From Bradymonadia bacterium (GTDB lineage: Bacteria; Myxococcota_A; Bradymonadia; UBA7976; UBA1532), in assembly GCA_046290225.1 (NCBI GenBank), contig JBKAGE010000005.1, positions 12,844-76,843 on the forward strand: a stretch of DNA of 64,000 bases, given 5' to 3'. This document shows, one piece after another, positions 52,194 through 60,900 of this stretch (the first letter of the stretch is position 1; each line of letters opens with the position of its first letter). The notes under the pieces are model-generated. The model did no database searches. It saw only the letters and a program-made list of their open reading frames with translations, and had not been told where the DNA came from. A program made the position numbers and the translations under genes.

Positions 52194-53414
52194 TCACTTG
52201 CTCCGGGCGAAGAACCCGTCGTTGCCTGCCAGGTAGACCGTGCCGTCGACCACGACGCATCGATCGAGAGGTGGCATGGCCGTGCGGCTCGCGTCATCGC
52301 CGTACACTGAGACATCAGCCCAGGTGGCGCCGCCATCCGTGGACTGGATCACGAAGCCGAAGTTGCGGCGCGACTCGCGGCCCACGGCGTAGATGACCCC
52401 AGGGCCTTTGCACACGCCCTCGACCCACGTGGACGCGTCCGTCCACGCGGGGCTGTCGGCGAAGGCCTCCGACAGGTCGGTCATCTGCCACGAGGCAGGG
52501 TCAGTGGGCTCCAGACCCTCGCCGAAGGACAGGGTGAAGATCACCCCCACGTCGCGGCTCTGGTTCACCCCACCGGCGACGACCCCCGCATCATCCGCAG
52601 CGACGCCCCAGAGCTCTCCGGTGAAGGCGCCAGGGCCTTCGTTGGCGAGCTGTACGATGTCGAAGCCGAAGGTGTCGTCCCAGCTCGGCAGGAACACCAT
52701 GGGTGGCTGGGCGATGGTGCTGCCCACGGCATAGAACGCGTCGTCGTGGAGCTGCAGGTCGAGGATTTGCACCCCGTTGGGCACCGTGTCTGACCAGAAG
52801 CCACGGCCCGATTGCCAGCTGCTGTTGGGATCAGGATCCTCTCCGTCACCATCGCGGTACACCAGATCTGTACCGGTGAGAGACTCCGCGATGGCCCGGC
52901 CGTCGGCGTTGCGGCGGAACGAGCCTGGGGTGAAGCTGAAGTCCGTCGTAGCGCCGCGACGGAAGACCTCGCCGATCTCCCCGGCGTCATTCAGGCTCAC
53001 CACGCGCAGATCGTTGTCGTGCTCTCCGGCGACATAGAGCAAACCGTCAGCACTTCGGGTGACGTCGGTGACCCGTGAGCCTTCGAAGAAGCCCGCGGGA
53101 TCTGACTCTACGGCGCTCCAAGTGTCACCCTGATCTGTGGTGGTGAAGAGGCCCCGGCCTTCGGCGCCTGTGCCACAGCCCACCCAGCACGTGCCGTCAT
53201 CTTCACAGTGCAGCGCGTGGGTCACCCGACCAGGGCATGGGTGTGTCGGTGTGATCACCCACTCGCCCGCTGGTCCTGGGCTCAAGCCCCCTGATCCACC
53301 ACCGCCACCCGTGGCACCACCTTCACCTGATGCGCCAGCGTCAGCATCGTCTGTTTCGAGCAAATCGCAGCCCAGAAGGGGCAGGGTACACAACAGCGCG
53401 GTAGTGATCCTCAT
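52194..53414 (-). CDS. BNR/Asp-box beta-propeller lipoprotein
   Basis: Lipobox LLGC; Asp-box motifs TTDQGDTW and STDGGATW. Confidence 0.8.
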   Translation of the reverse strand: MRITTALLCTLPLLGCDLLETDDADAGASGEGGATGGGGGSGGLSPGPAGEWVITPTHPCPGRVTHALHCEDDGTCWVGCGTGAEGRGLFTTTDQGDTWSAVESDPAGFFEGSRVTDVTRSADGLLYVAGEHDNDLRVVSLNDAGEIGEVFRRGATTDFSFTPGSFRRNADGRAIAESLTGTDLVYRDGDGEDPDPNSSWQSGRGFWSDTVPNGVQILDLQLHDDAFYAVGSTIAQPPMVFLPSWDDTFGFDIVQLANEGPGAFTGELWGVAADDAGVVAGGVNQSRDVGVIFTLSFGEGLEPTDPASWQMTDLSEAFADSPAWTDASTWVEGVCKGPGVIYAVGRESRRNFGFVIQSTDGGATWADVSVYGDDASRTAMPPLDRCVVVDGTVYLAGNDGFFARSK

Positions 53415-53487
53415 CGTCTCTCCCCAGATTGAAGTCGGAGACATAGTACCGAAGTCACAGGCCGAACATTCACTCTGAGCGTCGAGC

Positions 53488-54993
53488 CTACTCTTCGAGG
53501 ATCGTCAGCATGTACTCTCCGCTCTGCTCTTCACCGCCGCTCACGAAAGAGTCCACCACCAGGAACCAGCTGCCCGGCGCCAGTGATGCTTCCATCTCTT
53601 GATGATCTCGCTGCAAGCACCCGGCGGCTTCACCTGTGTCATCGAGCAGATGAAGATCCACGTCGATGTCGTCGCGATCGAAGACCATGACTTTGATCGT
53701 GGTCTCCCGAGCGAGATCGAGGCGGTACACCTGCTCTGGGCCTGACTCGTCCTGGTTGGCGTTGCAGCCTGTGTAGCGATCGATGCGACGGGCACCCTCG
53801 GTGGTGTCGCTCAAGTGGGTGAAGGGCAGCGTGGTGACGACGAAGGGATCGTCATGGGTGCCGTCGCCGCGGAGCCGAGGTGCCTCTCGATCTGGGGCCG
53901 CCTCTCCTTCGAAGACCGTGCGTCGGACCCTGTCGAGGGTCTCGATCATGAGCAGGTTTCGGATGTTGTAGCCGTGCTCCAGGGCTTCAGGGGTGAAGTG
54001 GCACGCCCGAGCGCCGCCGTCGCGGAAGACGTTGGGGTGCAGATCGTCGCCGGCGAGGCCGTGACCGGGGATCGGGAGCAGCTCGCGGTGGAAGTCCGCG
54101 AGGGGTACTCCGCGGCCTTGGGCCACAGCGCGGACGATGGCGTTGTACTGGGGCACCAAGGCGTCGGCAGAAGCGTCGTCATCTCGGGGCATGATCGTCG
54201 TCAGCACCGGGATCACCCCCTCGTCGATCAAGATGTCGGCGAGGGTGAGCATGCTGTCGGCGTAGCGGAAGGGGTTGCGACCTTGGATGTCGTTGGTGCC
54301 GTACATGATGAGCGCGAAGCGAGGGCTGATGGCTTCGATCTCGCGCTCCACCGGCGAGGGATCTCCGGCGACAGCGCTCCGGGCGCTCCAGCCCACCGTC
54401 GCCGTGAGGCTCTCTCGGGTATATGGATCAGAGCCCGCAGCGTCGCCCGCGCGGAAGTGATCGATGGTGGATTGAAGGTGGTCGCGGCCGTCGAGATCGA
54501 TGCGATCGCCGGCGAAGCATTGCATGTTGTGCACGCTCACCGTTGCCGAGGCCCCCACCTTGGCGAAAACCTGCGGATCGCGGTCCGGGCCGTCGTCGAC
54601 GATGGCGCGCAGGCCCTGCACCAGATTAGCAGTCAGTGGTGAGAGCGTACGATCAGAGGGGTAGAGGATTGTGCCTTCTGCTGGGGGCGGAGGCAGATCC
54701 ATATCAGGGCGGGGCCGATCCATATCAGCCATAGGCGCCATGGCATCGGCAGGATCAAATGGCGCCGCGTCGGGCCTTTCGATGGGATCCTCGAAGGCAT
54801 CAGGGTCGTCTACGCCGAGGTCCGCCTGGTCGAACACTTGGGCGTCGGCGAAGTTCACGTCAGGGCGTTGCAGGTTGGCGTCGGCACCCTCGACCCCCAT
54901 CTCGGGGCGGGCCGAGGCGAACTCACCGAGATCTTCGGCACAGCCCGAGACAGCGAGCGTCACCACAAGCCACAGCAGGGGGTGGCGGATCAT
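53488..54993 (-). CDS. SGNH/GDSL hydrolase-like lipoprotein with a C-terminal PPC-like domain
   Basis: Lipobox VSGC; KVGAS, MYGTND, DDLHP. Confidence 0.82.
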   Translation of the reverse strand: MIRHPLLWLVVTLAVSGCAEDLGEFASARPEMGVEGADANLQRPDVNFADAQVFDQADLGVDDPDAFEDPIERPDAAPFDPADAMAPMADMDRPRPDMDLPPPPAEGTILYPSDRTLSPLTANLVQGLRAIVDDGPDRDPQVFAKVGASATVSVHNMQCFAGDRIDLDGRDHLQSTIDHFRAGDAAGSDPYTRESLTATVGWSARSAVAGDPSPVEREIEAISPRFALIMYGTNDIQGRNPFRYADSMLTLADILIDEGVIPVLTTIMPRDDDASADALVPQYNAIVRAVAQGRGVPLADFHRELLPIPGHGLAGDDLHPNVFRDGGARACHFTPEALEHGYNIRNLLMIETLDRVRRTVFEGEAAPDREAPRLRGDGTHDDPFVVTTLPFTHLSDTTEGARRIDRYTGCNANQDESGPEQVYRLDLARETTIKVMVFDRDDIDVDLHLLDDTGEAAGCLQRDHQEMEASLAPGSWFLVVDSFVSGGEEQSGEYMLTILEE

Positions 54994-57119
54994 GGGCAGC
55001 CACCGAAGGGGCCTGCGCGCAGCTCCACGCGGTGTCCTACAGGCTGGCCCGCGCTCTCGAGGGGCTCCGACCAGACCAGCTCATGGCCGTGGTCGTCCCA
55101 GGACCACAGCTGCACTTGGGCGGACTGTGCCCCTGTGGGGCTGAGCGGGATCGGCTCGGCCCAACGAGCAGACCAGCCATCGCCCGCTTCCACAGGTGTG
55201 AGCTGCTGATAGAGCAGCTGATCGTCGGTGGACCAGATGACCCCGAGATCATCACCGAGATCTCGAATGGCCGGGTGCATCACCGTCCCCGGCGGATCGA
55301 GGAGGAGGGTGGGCGTAGGCACCGGCAGCGCGGGATCGAGCAACATCGTGCGCAGCTCGCCCCCACCGGCCCAGACCAGCCGCAGGCGGGGGCCCTCCCA
55401 ACGCAGGGCGGGGGTGTCATCTGCTTGATCGAAGAGATCGTGGCGGGTCAGCACGCGGCCGTCTCCCCGGAACCAGATTGTGGAGATGCCCCCAGGCTGT
55501 CGCCAGCTTGCCACTGTGAGATCAGATTGCGTGAGGACCGAGAGCGCGCCTGCGTTGTCGAGGGCGACGGGGTTGCGGGCGGCATCTGTCACCGGATCGA
55601 GCCCGATGAAGCCGAGATCACCACGGAGGCGGACGACGAAGAGCCCCAGGCGGCCTGCATCGTTCGTGGGGCCGTACCAGATCAGGTGTAAGCCGTCGTC
55701 GGTGGCCTGAAGATGCAGCGAGCGCGGATCCAGGTTCGACGGCCGCAACACCGTGACGGGCGGGCCAGAGAGATCCCCATTTTCATCGAGGAGAGCAGCC
55801 TTCAGAGCGTTGCCCTGGTCGATCCAGGTGATCACATAGCGACTCAGTGCGGGGTGCCAGAGGGCGTCGAGCACAGGCGTGGTGTCGGCGAAGTCGATCT
55901 CCGGCGTCTCGCTGATGAGCTGCCCGCGTCGAGTGTAGAGCTGCCCCAGGAGTGTGCGACTCTGGCCAATGTGTGCCGTGTGCACCACCAGCCGGGTGGC
56001 CGCCCCTTGAGCCACTGCCATGTGATCATCGTCGGCCATGGTCAGGCGCAGAGACGACTCGACCCACTGGTTGGCCTCGCCCGAAGGCGGTGGGGGGGTC
56101 TCACAGACCAGATCGCCTTTGTCGAGGCACAGCGGATCGTCTTCATCGACCACCACACATGGCGCCTCGTCTTCGAGGCCCTCACACCCCCAGCGCAGAT
56201 AGTCCACCTCCGCTTTGATCTGGCAGTCAGGGCACCCCGCCGAGAGCAGGAGCTCTGCAGTGTGGGGGGGTAGATCGTCAGCGGAGGTGCCTCCGATGTC
56301 GGCCGTGGGAATGGCGCCGAGGACCTCGCCGTCGAGCCACACCTGCACCTCGTCGGCGATGAGCTGCATGCGCAGCACGTGCCACTCGTCGTCGCCGGGG
56401 AAAGACCACCGAGCCAAGGGGGAGAGCGTGGTGTCGTCGGGTCGTAGGGCCAGGCCAACCTGCTTGTTTTGAAACGTGAGGGTGGCAGGAGGCCCATAGG
56501 GCGATCGCCACTGGAGAGTGAGGCCGCCGAAGCTCGTCACGCCGACACCTGCCCCTGGGCGAGTGCTCAGGGTGCTCAGCTTGAGGGCCACCTCCACCAT
56601 TCGGCCGCGTCCTGCCTCGAGAGGGGCCACAGGCACCTGGCGGCGCCATCGGCGCAGCCCGCCGGTCATGGCCACCTTCAAGCGCCCGCCTTCGAGCGTC
56701 ACGCCGCCAGATATGGGCGGTTGCTGCTCTGCAGACCAGCCCTCTTCAGTGAGATCGGTGGTCAGGCCTGACCAGCCAGGTGCGGTGCACCCCACCGTGG
56801 GCGGTGGGGTCATGTCGGGCATCATGTCGGGTTGCATGTCGGGCAGCCCGCCATCGCCCCCCGCACCGCCAGCGCCCCCGGCACCACCAGGCTGCCCCCC
56901 GACACCACCAGCGCCACCCATCATGCCCTCACCGTCGAGCTCGACGCGATCAGGCAGGCCGTCGTCGGGGGCCTCACAGGCGTTGTAGGTCAGGTTGCAC
57001 ACCTGCCCGCTGGGGCAGGCTGTGTTGTCGCTGCAGAATTCGAAATCGCCTTCGCATCCCCAGAGCAGAGGCAGCGCGATCAGTGCCGGGAGGAGGCGCT
57101 TTACCATGACATGCTCCAC
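54990..57119 (-). CDS. Cys-rich lipoprotein with lectin-like and beta-propeller-like regions
   Basis: Lipobox LWGC; CSDNTACPSGQVC; DEWHVLRM..VQVWLDG. Overlaps both neighbours. Confidence 0.75.
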   Translation of the reverse strand: MEHVMVKRLLPALIALPLLWGCEGDFEFCSDNTACPSGQVCNLTYNACEAPDDGLPDRVELDGEGMMGGAGGVGGQPGGAGGAGGAGGDGGLPDMQPDMMPDMTPPPTVGCTAPGWSGLTTDLTEEGWSAEQQPPISGGVTLEGGRLKVAMTGGLRRWRRQVPVAPLEAGRGRMVEVALKLSTLSTRPGAGVGVTSFGGLTLQWRSPYGPPATLTFQNKQVGLALRPDDTTLSPLARWSFPGDDEWHVLRMQLIADEVQVWLDGEVLGAIPTADIGGTSADDLPPHTAELLLSAGCPDCQIKAEVDYLRWGCEGLEDEAPCVVVDEDDPLCLDKGDLVCETPPPPSGEANQWVESSLRLTMADDDHMAVAQGAATRLVVHTAHIGQSRTLLGQLYTRRGQLISETPEIDFADTTPVLDALWHPALSRYVITWIDQGNALKAALLDENGDLSGPPVTVLRPSNLDPRSLHLQATDDGLHLIWYGPTNDAGRLGLFVVRLRGDLGFIGLDPVTDAARNPVALDNAGALSVLTQSDLTVASWRQPGGISTIWFRGDGRVLTRHDLFDQADDTPALRWEGPRLRLVWAGGGELRTMLLDPALPVPTPTLLLDPPGTVMHPAIRDLGDDLGVIWSTDDQLLYQQLTPVEAGDGWSARWAEPIPLSPTGAQSAQVQLWSWDDHGHELVWSEPLESAGQPVGHRVELRAGPFGGCP

Positions 57120-57856
57120 CCGACCTGCCCGGGGCCCACAATGATCCCGCTCTCGGAGGGCCCGCCATCGTCCTCGGCGCCCAGCCAGAGGAACAGCGCC
57201 CCAGCACCTGCGAGGATGCCGCCGGCCACCAACATGCCCGAGGCCATGCTCTCGGCAAACTCACCCTCGTCCCGGGTCCTCGCTTTCTCTCGCGCGGTGG
57301 TCGCGGCGCGGTGATCATCTTCGAAGCCTTGAAGCTGGAAGCCATAGACCGTGCCCACCCCCAGCGCCACAGCGCCGAGGCCCAGGCTGATCCAGCCCGA
57401 GGTCCGGAACGTCGGTCGGGGGTCGTACGGAGGATCTTCGACCTGAGGCTCGAGATCTTCCATGCGCAGCTTGAGACGCTGCATCAGGGCGGTGACCGCC
57501 GCTTCGTCTTCCTGGCGCATCTCCGGGGGGGCGTCGCGGAGGTAGAGCCTGAAGTAGCGTACGCTCTCCTTCGGCCGATCAAGGGCGGCGTAGACGTTGG
57601 CGAGGTTGAACATGAGCGTAGGGTTCGGGTCGAGCTCGTAGGCGGCGTTGAAGTGCCCGAGGGCTGTGGTCATGTCGCCCTGAGCGTATGATCGCTGACC
57701 CGCTTTGAAGGCCTCGATGGCGGCGGCCTTCGCGGCGCTGTCCGCGGCACTGCCCGCAGCAGTGTCCGCGGTGCCCTGACTCCAGGCAGGCCCCGTGAGC
57801 AGAGACAACATCAGGATGATTGAACCAAGAGGCCCCAGCTGCCTGGCTGCGAACAC
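57101..57856 (-). CDS. Secreted TPR protein with a hydrophobic C-terminus
   Basis: Signal peptide; TPR AYELDPNPTLMFNLA...YFRLYL; Gly-rich hydrophobic segments; terminal aromatic strand. Confidence 0.82.
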   Translation of the reverse strand: MFAARQLGPLGSIILMLSLLTGPAWSQGTADTAAGSAADSAAKAAAIEAFKAGQRSYAQGDMTTALGHFNAAYELDPNPTLMFNLANVYAALDRPKESVRYFRLYLRDAPPEMRQEDEAAVTALMQRLKLRMEDLEPQVEDPPYDPRPTFRTSGWISLGLGAVALGVGTVYGFQLQGFEDDHRAATTAREKARTRDEGEFAESMASGMLVAGGILAGAGALFLWLGAEDDGGPSESGIIVGPGQVGWSMSW

Positions 57857-57999
57857 TGCACGCTCCGTGTGCGGTGAAATCCGGTCTCACTCTAATCATG
57901 TTCACTCGATGACTGCCACTCTCCACGGCGTATGTGAGAGGTGGCGCACCTTTGCCTACATAAGTTTGACGCACATGGTGCACCAGTGCAGAAGGAAGT

Positions 58000-60900
58000 G
58001 TGCTGACCCCCACCGATACCCTCACCGGGCCTCTTGCTGATGCCTGGCCTGCCCTCGTGGCCTGGACGAGAAGGCTGGCCCGCGGTGGTCTCACCGAAGG
58101 CCTCACCCTCGGTCGGGGGCGCCACACTCTCCAGGCCCTCCACGTGCATGTGCTCGAGACAGATCACATGTTGGTCCTCGCCGCTGATCGGTCCGGGGCC
58201 TGGTATGCCGGGCGTTTCGAGATCAGCACGGGGGCGCCAGTGGGGCATCGATGGCGTGCGCTGGCCACCCCCTCAGAGGCGCAGCTGAGCATCACCACCA
58301 TCGAGAGCGCACCATGGGGGCGTGATCGGCTGATCTGCCTGGGCACCTCACGGCACGGTGCCTGGTGGGTGCCATTGAGCCGGTTGCTCACGCCCGAGAC
58401 ATCTGAGGCCGGCGTCGAGGACACCCGGTTACAAGGGAGCAGCGAGGCTGAAGACGAAGACGCCTCGGGCAGCGATGGCATCTTCCACACCTTCGACGGG
58501 CTGTCCACGGGAGCCGCCGAGCATCTGATCCATGACAGCACCGGTGAGTGCCTCGTTGCCGGCGGAGGTGGTGTGCTGGGGTGCTGGTCTCTCGCTTCGG
58601 ATGGCGAACCAGGCGCCCAGCCGCGGCTGCTCTGGCGTGTGATCCTCGATGGCCCTCAGCTGACAGGCATTGCCCTCGAGCGTCATGAGGCCGGTGACGT
58701 GCTCTACGTGGCCACGAGTGATGGGGCGATCCATCGCCTGCATCGCGACAGACCTGGGGCGCCGTTCAGTCGGCCGGGTGCGTTGAGCCCCCATGGTGAG
58801 ACCTGTCTCTGGACCTCCATGGGTGAGAGCCCGAGGTTGCTCAAGCCTCTCTCGACGTTTCGAGAGGCTGGCTTCGATTTTGAGCATGACCCACGGGGCC
58901 TCGTGCTCGTCGTGGGTGGCCGGGTCGTGGTGATCACAGAGGAGACAGACAGGCCGAGGGTGCACGGACGCACGATCGATCCCCGGATCCCGATCACAGC
59001 GCTGCGGCCTCTGGCGCAAGAACGCTGGCGAGGTCTGTGGGTGGCTCTGGGAGATGGCAGCGGGCGGTTGCTGAGGTCTGAAGAAGGCTTCAACGATTTG
59101 CGCAGGCTGCATCCCGCAGAGCTGCTCGATGACGAAGATCTCATCTTCGAGGCCACCGGGCGCTTCGAGGCCCTCGTGTCATTGCCCCATCGACAACGGA
59201 GCCCTGAAGGTCCCTTCGACATGGGCATGATGGTGGGGATCATCGGGCGAGAGGTGCAGGTGATGGGGTTCACCGCCCCTCAGACGCTCCGTGGAGCTGC
59301 TGCGCGGCTCGCAGATCAGGTGGCCCACCGCGGACGACCCGAGGATCTGCTCAAGCAACTCGAGCGGCTGACTCTGACCGGGACACATGGGCCACATGAT
59401 CCACAGGCCCTGGCGCATCTGATCTCTGCCGTGGGCGGGCGCTGCAACACCGAAGCGCTCTGGCAGAGGTGGGTGAGGTGGGTGTGGGATCTGCTCGCCT
59501 TTGTCGCTGACGCTCCGGGGCTCATCGCCGACGTGGTCCGTGGGGTCCGGGCGGTGATGCATCATCGACCTGCGCAGGGGGCGGCGCTGGTGGCGCTCGA
59601 GCGTCAGATCGTACGCGGCGTACAAGACGCCGGGCGTTTGCGCAGAGTGCACCCACGCCTCATGGAGCGGGTGCACCTGCCTACAGAAGACGCCGACGAG
59701 CGGGCCATCGATCTCGCGTTGCTGCTCAGCCGACGGACCGACTTGTTGTTTCAGCTGCAATTCGCGCCGGAGGATCGGTTCGGCGAAGTGCAGGCCATGA
59801 TCGGTCTGGGCTCACGTGTGCTCGTGGGCACATGGCGGCGAGGGCTGTGGTTGATCGACGAGCGCGGGCGGCGAGCGAAGCTCTCCGGTCCCCCCGACGC
59901 CTGGGGACCAGTGCACACCCTCCATCGCCACGGTGAGCGGGTGATCCTGGCCTTTGCCGACGGTGTACTGAGACACATCCACCGTGAGGCCCTGGAGGCT
60001 GCCTGGACCACCCCCGGGCATCGCATAGAGGTCGAGGCGTTTCATCATCGCCCTGAGCTGCGTATCACGGTGCGGGCGCTGTGTGCCCTCCCAGGCCGTA
60101 GAGGAGACGCTCGGCTGCTCTCTGGGGATGTGAGCGGTCGTATACACCTCGAAGCCGAGGGCCGTCGTCGGCTGCTCTTCGACCTGGGCACCACAGGCCT
60201 GCCCACTGCACACATCACGGATCTGTGCAGCGGTCACGTCACCTATCGGCCTTTAAATCAGCCAGGCGGGCGCCGTCGGCGCTGGCCTTTTGTCATCGCG
60301 GGCACCTCCACAGGGCATCTGCATGTGTTCCGGTGGCGCAGCGGTCCTCGGCCGACGCTGATGCTGGTGCACACAGTGCGGGCGGGTGTGTCGCCCATCA
60401 CCTGCGTGCGTTACTCGGGCGCTGCGCATCGCCTGGTCGTGGTGTCCACGGCAGAGGGGCAGGTGGTGGGGTATCCCATCGGATCCACCGACGAGGGCCA
60501 GATCACTGAAGAGTCCTCGTGGCGTCTTCAGCCTGCGTGGTCTTGGCAGGCCGGCGACACTGTACGCACGATACAGGTGGCGCGCCTCGCCCCACGTAGA
60601 CCCCCTCTCATCTTCGCTGGAGCCCACGACGGTCACCTGCACGCCCTCGATCTCTCTGGGCGGCTACTGGAGACCTACCGCTTGCCGGGCTTCAAGATCG
60701 AGCGCTTCGTGGTGAGCCCTCCAGCTCCAGAGGATGGTGATCGTGTCGATGCTCGGGTGGTGCTCTGTGCCTTCGAGAACGAGGTACGGGGCATGCGGTT
60801 GGTGAGCCGCCGCGCCCTGCTTGGCGACTTGCAGGGGCTGCTCGACGATGCCCCCGACGCCGCAGTGCGGGAGCTCACCCTCACCCGGTGGCGCGCCTTC

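Noticed and set aside
57942..57955. Sigma54-like TGGCGC...TTGC upstream of the giant kinase
   Set aside because: Spacing is GG-N9-GC, not the required N10.
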